From positions 27,589-91,588 of the IMG/VR virus record IMGVR_UViG_3300047443_000115: DNA of 64,000 bases. One strand, written 5' to 3'. The notes under the pieces were generated by a model. That model saw nothing but the letters and a program-made list of their open reading frames with translations. It did no database searches and had not been told where the DNA came from. Shown here piece after piece: positions 45,587 to 54,752 of the stretch (position 1 is its first letter; every line of letters begins with the position of its first letter). A program made the position numbers and the translations under genes. This DNA is from a virus.

Positions 45587-46926
45587 CAGGCTTCACCGCC
45601 CGGCAGCGGGAAGCCAGCAACCTCAAGAACGGACTGTTTGCACAGCAGATGGGGACCTAGATCACAGTCCCCGTAGGAGCCGGCGGTGATCGCGGCTGAG
45701 TCGACGTCCAGGTACCAGTGCCGATGGGTGTCGCGGATCCGGCCGAGGCATGAGCGGAAGGCCTCACGCTCATCCTCGGTAGGCCAGGATCGACCCGATG
45801 TTCCGTGCCGCCACGCCAGGGCCCACAAGTCTTCGGCTCGCTGCCAGGCCGGGATGACCTGGATGGCATTGAGCATGTCGCAATCCATCAGGCCGTAGTG
45901 CATGTGCGTGGTCATACGACTGCCGGCGATTGCTGCGGCGACGGATACCTGCACAGGGTGTGCGCCCGCTTCGTAAAGGGCTACACAGTCGTCCCAGAAC
46001 TTCTTGGTGACTTCATCTGAGGGCATCTCGCGGGCGGCGTGATACCAGGCGTGAGTGAAGACCTCATGGGCGATGTACTGCCGGTTGAATTCATTGCTTC
46101 GGTCGAGGTGCGCGAGTCCTTCCTTGGCACTGACCTCGCCGAACCAGACGGCGTACTCAGCCGCTTCGAGCACCTCATGCGGCTTGCGCCCCGCGATCAG
46201 CGCTTCGCGCGCGCTGGTCTTGAACTGTTCAACCTGCTCTGGGGTGGGGCCGGACTTGAATGTGTAGGCCCATTCCTGTCCCCAGACGAGGTGAGCGGCT
46301 CCTACCGCAAGGGCGTCAATGTCGTCGATGTCAAGTTCGGCGCCCTCTGGGGCGGTTTCTCTCAGGATCCGTCGCGCTTCCTGCTGGATGACGGTGACCT
46401 GATTCCAGGCGATGCCGCAGCAGTACTTGAACTTGCCCTCGTTCTTGACTTTCTTGTTGCCCATGGACGCGTCGACGATCTCGGCCCAGGCCCAGTCGGG
46501 AAGACCGGCGACTCGGAAGCGTTCGAGGCTGGCTTTCCAATCGCCGGGGAGTTCGATCTTTTTTCGGCTGTCGCCCTCTCCGTACCCCCAGCGATTCCAC
46601 TCGCGGACGAAAGTCTCGCGGTAGGCGAGCTTCGGTTTGTCCTGGCGGAGCAGTACGTCAGCGGCCTGCTCCATGGCGGCGGCCCAACGGAGTGCATCGT
46701 CGGCAACGTCGGCGACGGTGGCTGCATCGGCGGGCATGCTGCTCTTGCCGTTGTTGCAGTCCTCGCACGACGTGGCCAGGTTCGCCGGCTCGTCGCCACC
46801 ACCGAGCGCTACCGGCGTCACATGGTCAACGCGCAGCGGGACATCAGGTGCCTTTGCGCCGCAGTAGCGGCAGGTATGCGAGTCCCGCCGCAAGATCTCG
46901 TAGCGGAGGCGCTTGGAGACGGCCAT
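45586..46926 (-). CDS. HNH endonuclease with long repetitive C-terminal region
   Basis: RYEILRRDSHTCRYCG...VDHVTPVALGG...NL..SCEDCNNGKS. Confidence 0.85.
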   Translation of the reverse strand: MAVSKRLRYEILRRDSHTCRYCGAKAPDVPLRVDHVTPVALGGGDEPANLATSCEDCNNGKSSMPADAATVADVADDALRWAAAMEQAADVLLRQDKPKLAYRETFVREWNRWGYGEGDSRKKIELPGDWKASLERFRVAGLPDWAWAEIVDASMGNKKVKNEGKFKYCCGIAWNQVTVIQQEARRILRETAPEGAELDIDDIDALAVGAAHLVWGQEWAYTFKSGPTPEQVEQFKTSAREALIAGRKPHEVLEAAEYAVWFGEVSAKEGLAHLDRSNEFNRQYIAHEVFTHAWYHAAREMPSDEVTKKFWDDCVALYEAGAHPVQVSVAAAIAGSRMTTHMHYGLMDCDMLNAIQVIPAWQRAEDLWALAWRHGTSGRSWPTEDEREAFRSCLGRIRDTHRHWYLDVDSAAITAGSYGDCDLGPHLLCKQSVLEVAGFPLPGGEA

Positions 46927-47026
46927 TGGTCGGTGCTTCCTTCGTTAGTGCTGGTCAGGGGCTTTCGGGCACGTGGAACCAAGCCCTTAGGGCGGCATGG
47001 CGCGATTGGCCTTGACGTGACTATCA

Positions 47027-47065
47027 TAGCTAAGAAGTGCACGTTCGTAGCTAAGAAAGCTAAGA
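47027..47065. promoter_or_regulatory. Direct-repeat operator in a divergent promoter
   Basis: TAGCTAAGAA x2 plus AGCTAAGA; leftward -10 TATGAT adjacent. Confidence 0.6.
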
Positions 47066-47106
47066 GAGTCGAGGAAGGCATGGAGTGCGTCAGTTACGCT
47101 TTGCAC

Positions 47107-47307
47107 ATGAGCGATCAGCCGAAGGAGCACAGGGCCCAGATCGCCGAGGCGCGCAACGTCCTCGGCGAAGTCATCGCGCGCGCCCGCTTCGCCGGCGAAC
47201 CGACGATCCTCATCAACCGCACCAAGGAGGCGGCGGTCATCGTCTCCATGGCCTTCTACCGGCAGGCCCTTGAAGACCGCGCCCGCCTTGAGGGCCTGGA
47301 GAAGTAG
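47107..47307 (+). CDS. Orphan Phd/YefM-family protein
   Basis: IAEARNVLGEVI.RA...GEPTILI.R.K.AAVIVS. Confidence 0.85.
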   Translation: MSDQPKEHRAQIAEARNVLGEVIARARFAGEPTILINRTKEAAVIVSMAFYRQALEDRARLEGLEK

Positions 47308-47387
47308 CCCCCGCCCCCCGTTCGCCCCGCCCCCGCGGCGGGGCGTCGTCGTGTCGGGTCGGCCGGCTTCGGGTCCGCGCCGCCCGC

Positions 47388-47651
47388 TCACGCCGCACCT
47401 CCCCGCGCGATCTCGGCCCGCTCTTTGGCGTCGAGCGCTGCGATGACCCCGTCATGGGTAGCTCCGGTGATGCCGGTCTCAGCCCCGGTGATCCAGGTCC
47501 GGCAGGCGGTGAGCGCCGGGCATCGCCGGCAGACGTTCTTGGCGTCGGCGGTCCACTTCTTCCGCGGCATCCGGGCGGGCTTCTCGCCGGTGAACAGCGG
47601 CCGGTAGGCGGACACCTGGCAGAGTCCGTCACGCATCCAGTCGGCGGTCAT
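47388..47651 (-). CDS. whiB: WhiB-family regulator (divergent)
   Basis: W...GLC...AKNVCRRCP....C; GVWGG replaced by GVIAA. Confidence 0.75.
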   Translation of the reverse strand: MTADWMRDGLCQVSAYRPLFTGEKPARMPRKKWTADAKNVCRRCPALTACRTWITGAETGITGATHDGVIAALDAKERAEIARGGAA

Positions 47652-48493
47652 GCGCTCACCTGCTGCTGGCTGCGCTTGCGTTCTTGCTGGCGCCATTCGG
47701 TGAGCCGGTCTTTGACGTCGGCGGCGCGGGCGAGTCCGACGCGGCGGGCGATTTCGTCGGCGGGGATGCCGTAGCTGGCGAGGTGCCGAATCTCGTCGTT
47801 GCGGTGCTTGTCGCGCTTCTGTTCGAGCCCCGATGGGGTTTCGAGGGTGTCGGGCTGGCATGTCGGGTCGTCGAGGTCGGCCCAGGCGATGGGGGGTGCC
47901 CAGCCAAGGCGGCCGGCCCGTCGGCGGGTCATGTCGCTGGCGCCGGGTGTTGTGGCGAGGAGCCGGTAGGCGAGGCGCACGGCTGCATCGGTCGCGCCGT
48001 CGATTTTTGCGTAGCGGCCGTTGGCGAGGCTGCTGATGGTGGCGATGTGGAGGCCACTGGCTTGGGCGATGGCCTGCCGGTCGTGGCCGATGGCGCTGAG
48101 GGCTTGGAGGCGTCGGGTTGCGCCGAGGGCGGGGCGTTCGGCTGTGGCGTCGAACTGTCCGGGCTGGACGGCGAGGATGCGGAGGGCTTGTTCGCGGCGG
48201 CAGGTCTTGCTGCGCCCGGAGACGAGGTAGCTGATGGTGGCCTGGGCAACGCCGGCCTGGCGGGCGACGAGGAGGTGGCTCATGCCGCTGGCGACCAGTT
48301 GCTGGATGTGGGGCAGGACTGTTTCGCGGGGGAGGCGGGCGATGATGCCGCTGTTGCGTGCGCGGGCGCGGCGGATTCCGGCGAGGCAGTTGCCGCGGGT
48401 GCATTTGGGGCAGCGGCAGGCGGGGCGGGTTTTGCAGCCCTTGTAGCGGGCTTCGGTGCCGTGTGCGGGCAGCTTCTTCGTGGTGGCGCTCAC
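47648..48493 (-). CDS. Multi-HTH DNA-binding protein with N-terminal Zn motif
   Basis: HGTEARY..C...CRCPKC; several HTH-like segments. Confidence 0.7.
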   Translation of the reverse strand: MSATTKKLPAHGTEARYKGCKTRPACRCPKCTRGNCLAGIRRARARNSGIIARLPRETVLPHIQQLVASGMSHLLVARQAGVAQATISYLVSGRSKTCRREQALRILAVQPGQFDATAERPALGATRRLQALSAIGHDRQAIAQASGLHIATISSLANGRYAKIDGATDAAVRLAYRLLATTPGASDMTRRRAGRLGWAPPIAWADLDDPTCQPDTLETPSGLEQKRDKHRNDEIRHLASYGIPADEIARRVGLARAADVKDRLTEWRQQERKRSQQQVSA

Positions 48494-48879
48494 CGCGGGT
48501 CCTCCTCGCCGATGAAGTCGTAGGCGGGCATCGCCCACAGCAGTTCGCACAGGTCGAGGCGTTCGGCTGCGTCGATGTGCGCGTAGAGGGCGGCCTGTGC
48601 GTCGAGGTCGACGGGCCATCCGTCTCCGCCGCCGGCGTTGGCCTGCCAGCAGATGCCCTGCCGTTCGTCGGCGATGGCGTAGCGGCGGGCGTACAGCCGG
48701 TGCCTGGCGGCGCGTCGCACGGCCCGATTGCGGTAGTGGCGTGCGATCCGCCACGCGCCCCACCCGGCGCCCGCGACGACGCTGGTGGCCCCGGCGGCGA
48801 GGAGGGCGGCGTACAGCCACCAGGCGGCGTTGGCGATCCGCGTGTACAGGTCGAGGAGTGACGAGAGGTCGGCGGTCAT
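48490..48879 (-). CDS. Membrane-anchored hypothetical protein
   Basis: One TM, coupled. Confidence 0.55.
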   Translation of the reverse strand: MTADLSSLLDLYTRIANAAWWLYAALLAAGATSVVAGAGWGAWRIARHYRNRAVRRAARHRLYARRYAIADERQGICWQANAGGGDGWPVDLDAQAALYAHIDAAERLDLCELLWAMPAYDFIGEEDPR

Positions 48880-50249
48880 GCCGTCACCTCGCCGAAGAGG
48901 ACGGGTGCGATGGGCTTGCTCAGGCGGGCGACACACAGGTCGGCGCCGTCTTGCTCCCGTTCGACGCCGATCGCCTGGAACCCTTCGATGGCGGCGGCCT
49001 CCAACGTGGTGCCGGTCCCGGCGCACCAGTCCAGGACCAGGCCGCCGGGCGGGGTGACGAGGCGGACCAGCCAGCGCATCAGTGCGAGGGGCTTGACCGT
49101 GGGCCAGGCCGTGCCGTCGGCGAGCCGGGGACGTTCGAACGCCGGGGCCTTCGCCTCATATCTGAAGACGGGGAAGAAGCGGGACGCGCCACCGGAATCG
49201 ACAACCCCGCGGGGTCCAGCCGGACCGGACGGGCCGTGGCCGCCGCCGTACACGGAGCCGTGGCGCTCGCCCTTGTTGGCGCGGGCGTTGCTCGGCGTGA
49301 CCCCGCTCTGCCGGTCCATCTCCGCGACAGGGCAACCTGCCTGGCAAGGCCCGTCCTCGACGCACTCCGGTCCGTGGCCGAGAAGGACGTTCGTCGGCCA
49401 GCGGCCCGAGGGGTCGCCGCCGCGACGGCCCGGCAGCGCGGCGAAGTTTGTCCCGCCCTGCTCGGTGTAACGCCGCGCCTGTGATGCTTCACCGACACGC
49501 TCCCGGCTCTCCCCGGTCGAGGCCACGCGGGATCCGTCGATGTTGAGTGCCCCTGTGCCGTGCTCCAGAACGTTGGCTGCTACGGTCCCGGCGGGCGGCT
49601 TCCTGGCCACCACGATCGGCTCATGGGCGGGCTTGAGCGCGGTGCCCCAGCCCTCCCAGCAGGCGGCGTCTGGGGTCGTTGGCGCCCACTCCTGGGCCAC
49701 GGCGCCCATGGCCGATCCAGCGCCGTGGTCGTAGTTGACCCGCCCCCTTCCGGAGGGCGAGTAGTCGGCTCCCATCTGCATGCGCCGGATGTCCTCGGGC
49801 CGCCCGCCACCAGCCTCGATGGCCTTGGCGACGTTCAGTGACTTGGGGAAACCTGATCCGCTTACCCACATGATCGAGTCGCGAATTTCAAATCCGGCGA
49901 GGCGGATGGCCATGCCCATCAGGTCGGCGGTGCGCGGCGCCGCGAAGGCGACCAGGTGGCCGCCGGGCTTCAGGACCCGCAGGCATTCGTCCCACGCGGC
50001 GGGCGGGGGAACGAACCGGTCCCAGGCGCGGCCCATGAAGCCACCCTGCCCGTCGGTCGGGACGTAGGCGCGGTCGCCAGACAGCCACGCGGCCAGCACC
50101 TCGGCAATGACCCGCGGGTGGTGGTTGGCGAGGCCGTAGGGCGGGTCACAGACCACGGCGTCGACCGACGCGTCGGGCAGCGTGGGCAGCACGTCGAGCA
50201 TTTCGCCGAGGTGCAGCGTGACCGTGTCGTCGGAGTAGTAGACGCTCAC
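48876..50249 (-). CDS. N6-adenine/N4-cytosine DNA methyltransferase (beta class)
   Basis: CDPPYGL, GSGFPKS, ALKPAHEP, PTVKPLALMRWLVRL, DWCAGTGTT. Confidence 0.9.
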   Translation of the reverse strand: MSVYYSDDTVTLHLGEMLDVLPTLPDASVDAVVCDPPYGLANHHPRVIAEVLAAWLSGDRAYVPTDGQGGFMGRAWDRFVPPPAAWDECLRVLKPGGHLVAFAAPRTADLMGMAIRLAGFEIRDSIMWVSGSGFPKSLNVAKAIEAGGGRPEDIRRMQMGADYSPSGRGRVNYDHGAGSAMGAVAQEWAPTTPDAACWEGWGTALKPAHEPIVVARKPPAGTVAANVLEHGTGALNIDGSRVASTGESRERVGEASQARRYTEQGGTNFAALPGRRGGDPSGRWPTNVLLGHGPECVEDGPCQAGCPVAEMDRQSGVTPSNARANKGERHGSVYGGGHGPSGPAGPRGVVDSGGASRFFPVFRYEAKAPAFERPRLADGTAWPTVKPLALMRWLVRLVTPPGGLVLDWCAGTGTTLEAAAIEGFQAIGVEREQDGADLCVARLSKPIAPVLFGEVTA

Positions 50250-51255
50250 GCCGCGTCCACCTCCGTCTGGTGGAACCTCTGCGCGGCCTCGCGGTGGCCC
50301 TTGCCGGTCAGCATCCAGACGGTGAGGCGGTGCCCGTGGGTGGCCGGGGAGGTGGAGGGGACGCCGTCGACGGGGACGCGCCGGATGATTCCGGCGGAGC
50401 GCAGTCCGTTGATGGCGGCACCCAGGTAGCCGACGCCCATGTCGGGCAGGAGTGTCCGGATGTCGTTGGCCGACCAGGTGTCATGGCTGGAGCCGTACAG
50501 GAGGACGACCTGTCCGACGACGTACCGGTCCCATGCGGAGCGCTGGACGATTTCGGCGAGGGTCTCGTCCCGGCGGGCGGCGGCCAGGCGCTCGGCGAAG
50601 TTCAGGCGGCGGGTCATCGGGCACCCCCGGCGGGGGCGAGCTGCAGCGCGCGGTCGTGCTGTGCGTTGAGTGCCATCACGGCGCTGATCGGTCGCGGGTC
50701 CTGTTCGGCGGCGGCGCGCAGGATTGGCATGCCGGAGTTGATCGAGGCGAGCACCTCGTCCCGGGTGGCGGCGCGGCCCTCGGCGAACCACAGGGTCTCG
50801 GCGGGCTCGCCGACATCGAACAGGCGATGGGCTGGCATCTGTTGCCAGGCGCGGGTGACCCAGACGAGGGCGACGCCGGGGTTGCGGCAGATCATGTCGC
50901 CATCCGGCTCGGATGCATCGTCGGGCAGGTCGCTGTCGCGGCGCCGCATGTTCGGGGTAGTGAGGAACGGGCAGGCGGTCGCGGCGTAGATGGCGCAGTC
51001 GCGGTGTGACGGGGGCTCCGAGCTGACCCGGTTGACGGCGCACATGGGGCCGATGACGAATGCGACGTTCGCGCCGAGTCGGCCGCCGCACAGCCAGCAC
51101 TGACCGAAGCGGACGGCGTCGTCCAGCTTGTTGAGGCCGACGACGCGGAAGTCGGGCTGGCCGTCGATCCAGGCCACGAACCATGGCACGGGGTATCCGA
51201 CGGCGTTCGTGGGCAGCTTGGCGATACGGGGCGGCGGGGTGGGTAGTGAGCGCAT
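50246..51255 (-). CDS. Two hypothetical genes (50246-50617 wHTH-like; 50614-51255 Cys/His-rich)
   Basis: Coupled ORFs; CWLCG...EPPSH..CA.YA...CPFL. Confidence 0.65.
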
Positions 51256-51325
51256 GGGAGACTCCTGGTGGTCTGCCGTGGCCGCGCTGTTTCGGTCAGC
51301 GCGGCCACGGCGAAGCGGGGTGGGG

Positions 51326-52204
51326 TTAAGCGGCGGGCGGTGCGGCCGTCGTGTTGGCCCACGGGTCATCGGCCGGCGGCGGCGCGGACTGCTGCTTGCC
51401 CCCGTTGGCCTTGATTTCGGCGGCGGTGATGCGGGCCTGCGGGAACGCCTCGTCGACGGCGATCTCACGGCGGTCGATCGACTTGTGCGTGATGAGCAGC
51501 TGCGCGATGTCGGCGCCGGTCCACTGGGTGCGCGGCCGGCCGAGCTTCTGCTCCAGCCGGTCGGCGTTGATGCCGAGCTTCTGGAAGACCGCGACGGCGC
51601 CATCGACGCGCTGCTCAAGCGGCTTGCCGTCGCCCTTGTTGAGGGTCTCCCTGCACAGGTCTTCGGCCTCGCCGATGAAGAAGTCCGGGATGACCGCGAA
51701 GATCGCCTCGCGCAGTCGGCGGGCGCCGCTGTTGGCGTTGTTCTCGTAGATGTCGCGCAGGTCGACCAGCGGTGAGACCTTGCCGCCGGCGAACTTGGCG
51801 TGGGGGACGATGAAGGTGAGGACGTGCCGGGTGTTGGCTTCGATGTCCCAGGCGAAGGCCTGCATTTCGGACTGGCGGTAGCTGTCGTCGCGGCGCATCT
51901 CGGAGACGCCGTACTGGATGTTTCCCCAGGCCTGGGCGAGGGTCTTGGCGAGGTGGATGGTCGGGCCCTGGACCTTGCCGCCGGATCGCGGGAACTCGTA
52001 GAACGCCTTCTCTGCGAGGGCCATGGATCCGCAGGCGGACTGCATGCTGTTGCGGGCGCGGCCGATGTCGCGGGGGAACTGGCGGGCCACGTAGATCGCG
52101 GCCTGGACTTCGGCGACCGCGCGGGACTGTTCGACGGCAGTGCTCTGGCCGATGCGATCGGGTGTCGGGGCGGCTTGCATCTGCTGCTTGGCGGGGTAGT
52201 TCAC
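51326..52204 (-). CDS. Putative single-strand annealing recombinase
   Basis: AEVQAA..VARQFPRD, GPTIHLA..LA..WGN; coupled to the RecE-like gene. Confidence 0.7.
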   Translation of the reverse strand: MNYPAKQQMQAAPTPDRIGQSTAVEQSRAVAEVQAAIYVARQFPRDIGRARNSMQSACGSMALAEKAFYEFPRSGGKVQGPTIHLAKTLAQAWGNIQYGVSEMRRDDSYRQSEMQAFAWDIEANTRHVLTFIVPHAKFAGGKVSPLVDLRDIYENNANSGARRLREAIFAVIPDFFIGEAEDLCRETLNKGDGKPLEQRVDGAVAVFQKLGINADRLEQKLGRPRTQWTGADIAQLLITHKSIDRREIAVDEAFPQARITAAEIKANGGKQQSAPPPADDPWANTTAAPPAA

Positions 52205-53088
52205 AGGTAGATCTCCTTGTCGCGGGTCTCTGCCCATCCGGGCAGGGCGAGGTAGTTGGGGTCGTCGCCGTATCCGGGCCAGTTGCCGGTGGCGGTGCAG
52301 TCGGCGAAGGTTTCGATGGCGGCGCGGTTCTTGGCGCGGCCGATCTCGCGGGACATGAACTCGATGCCGACGATGTTGATCAGGTACGGGGCGGTCTTCT
52401 CCTGGACGATGAGGAGGAGTTCGACGTCGCGTTCGCCGAGGTCGAGGGCTTCGGCGCCTTCCTCGTACCAGGCGGCCTGGCAGTTGTAGCCGTACTTCTC
52501 GATGGCCTTTTCCATGGCCCGGTTGCTGGCGTCGACCGCGGTCTTGTAGTCGGGGATGATCAGGCGGCCAGAGGCGGCGGTGAAGTCGGGCAGCCAGTCG
52601 AAGCGCACCCGGCGGCGGATGCCTGTGGGGCCGTCGATCCAGAACCCGGACTGCTCGGGCTTGCCGTGGGCGGGGTCGAGGAGGGGGCCGGCGAGGGGGT
52701 GGCGGCGGATGGCGTCGGCCATCGCTTTGACCATGTCGATCTCGTGCCGCTTGAGGGGGATTCCGCCCTGCGCGCGGGCCTCGGCGACTTCCGCCTTGGC
52801 TTCCTTCGTGGTCCACGCCGGGTGGTCGACGAGGATCAGCTTCGAGCCGCGGCCGAGGACTTCCTTGTGGGCGGCGTTGCCGTAGTCGAAGGTCTTCGTC
52901 GGGGCCGGCGGGTTGTCCTGCTCGTAGCGGAACTTCGCCGGGGTCGACGGCGGGAGAAGCTTGCGGGCGCCGCTGGACGACAGGGAGGTGTGGTCGGCGT
53001 GGTAGTCCTCGTTCGACAGGTCGTGGTGCAGGCCCAGCGCGGGCGGCTCGGTGGCGGTCTCCGTAGGCGCCTCGATGGTGGTGGTCAT
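52201..53088 (-). CDS. RecE/ExoVIII-like PD-(D/E)XK exonuclease (DUF3799-type)
   Basis: NEDYHA..SLSSSG, G.AAH..VL, EQS, RFDW, DYKT, Y..QAAWY. Confidence 0.88.
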   Translation of the reverse strand: MTTTIEAPTETATEPPALGLHHDLSNEDYHADHTSLSSSGARKLLPPSTPAKFRYEQDNPPAPTKTFDYGNAAHKEVLGRGSKLILVDHPAWTTKEAKAEVAEARAQGGIPLKRHEIDMVKAMADAIRRHPLAGPLLDPAHGKPEQSGFWIDGPTGIRRRVRFDWLPDFTAASGRLIIPDYKTAVDASNRAMEKAIEKYGYNCQAAWYEEGAEALDLGERDVELLLIVQEKTAPYLINIVGIEFMSREIGRAKNRAAIETFADCTATGNWPGYGDDPNYLALPGWAETRDKEIYL

Positions 53089-53875
53089 GCGGCGCTGCCT
53101 TCCTGGCGGGGCGTGTAGTAGCGGCGCGGGGTGCCGTCGCCGTGGAGGTCGAGGTGGCCGTCGCGGTGCAGGGCGGCGAGGTAGCGGCGTGCGGCCATGC
53201 GGAGGACATGCGTGCCGAGGAGCTGGTGCCACGTGCGCCTGATGCGGCCGGTGGTCCACTCGCCGCCCTCCGCTTGGATCGCCTCCAGGAGGAGCTTCCG
53301 GCTGCCGCGCCCCGGGTGGGCAGGGCTGGGGTCGCTACCGAGCCGGTAGAAGCGGACCCCGCGGTGCTCGGCGGGTACGAGGTACGCGCGCCGGGCGAGG
53401 TCCCGCAGGTCGCGGCGTGCGGTGTTCCTGCCTGTCGTGGCCCACTGGCCTGACTTGGCGTAGATGTTCAGTGCTCGCTTGGTGGTGACCGGGCCGCCGA
53501 AGTTCCTGAGGACGGCGAGCAGGTACGTGCGACGGGTCTGGGTGTCGGTCACTGGCCACCGCCTGCGAGCGCGATCGTGCGTCCCTTGTGGGCGGGCTCG
53601 AAGACCCAGTGCGTACCGGTCCCGGTCAGCGGCACGTCGACGAGCTGCGGCCCGAGCTCAGTGAGGCCGAGGCGGATGGCCTCGTCGGTGGTGGTCCGAC
53701 GGAAGGTCCGCAGGTATTCGTAGGGCCCGTCGGGGCCGGTGGACAGCGACGGCACGATGAGGGCGGCGTTGGTGCTGTTGCGCTTGAGGTAGCAGGGGCG
53801 GCCGTAGGAGGCGCGGAACTTGATCAGCGTCAGGAGGTTCTGGACGGCGGGGGGAACGATCTGGGTGTCGGTCAT
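53085..53875 (-). CDS. Two hypothetical genes (53085-53552 tandem wHTH-like; 53549-53875)
   Basis: Coupled; both begin (M/V)TDTQ. Confidence 0.6.
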
Positions 53876-54597
53876 GCGACACCGCCGTGGAGGTCGCGCA
53901 GCGCCTCGCCAGCCATGCTGGCGAGTTGGGTGTCGCTCATGGTGTAGAAGCCGTCGGGGATGGTGATGGCGTCGTACAGGTCGCGGGCCCAGCGGGCGTC
54001 ACCAAGGGCGGTGTGCGCGGCCTCGCCGTCGGGCCGGGGTACGCCGACGGTCTCGGAGGCCTGGTAGGACTTCCATGGCCAGCCGATCCGCTCGGCGACC
54101 TTGCTGTACCAGTGGGCGTCGCAGTCCCGCTGCGTCATCCGCTCGGCCTGCCCGTAAAGGTATCCGGCGGCGAGGGTGGCGACGCAGGTCGGGCGGTAGT
54201 ACCAGGGGGCGCCGTCGAGGAGGTCGCGCAGGAACCGGTCGTCGAAGCCGGGGTTGCTGCCGACCAGGACGGCGCCCTTGAGGACGCGGCCGATGGCAAC
54301 AGCTACGTCATCGCGGGTACTGCCGAGGATGTGCGGCGCGTTTCCGGTGAACGCTGCCGTGAAGCCGTTCGGGACGACGAACCGCTCCTCGAATCGGCCG
54401 ATGCGCAGCGCTTCCGGGTCGGCGCGCTCGGGTACGGCGGGGCGGATCTGCCACACGTACTCGGTGTCGACGCCGTCCTCGTCGCGGAGGATCACGGCGA
54501 CCTCCCAGATCTCGCCCTGGGTGGCGTCGAGGTGCGTCGTCTCGGTGTCGATGAACGCGAGTGGCGGCGGTGTCTTCGTCGGGCTGTCGGTGCTCAT
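53872..54597 (-). CDS. DnaQ-like 3'-5' exonuclease
   Basis: FIDTETT, NPGFDDRFL, HTALGDA. Confidence 0.85.
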   Translation of the reverse strand: MSTDSPTKTPPPLAFIDTETTHLDATQGEIWEVAVILRDEDGVDTEYVWQIRPAVPERADPEALRIGRFEERFVVPNGFTAAFTGNAPHILGSTRDDVAVAIGRVLKGAVLVGSNPGFDDRFLRDLLDGAPWYYRPTCVATLAAGYLYGQAERMTQRDCDAHWYSKVAERIGWPWKSYQASETVGVPRPDGEAAHTALGDARWARDLYDAITIPDGFYTMSDTQLASMAGEALRDLHGGVA

Positions 54598-54752
54598 GAG
54601 GTGCTCCAAATGGCGTCGGCGATTGGGGCGGCCCACGCCCGTCAGGGGGTTGGGCGTGGGCCGCCTGTGGCCCGGAACCGTTGGGGGGAGGTCGGTCCGG
54701 GCCTGTGGCGCCGTCTACTGGCGGGGGAGCCAGGAGGCGCCGGTCGGGGTGG

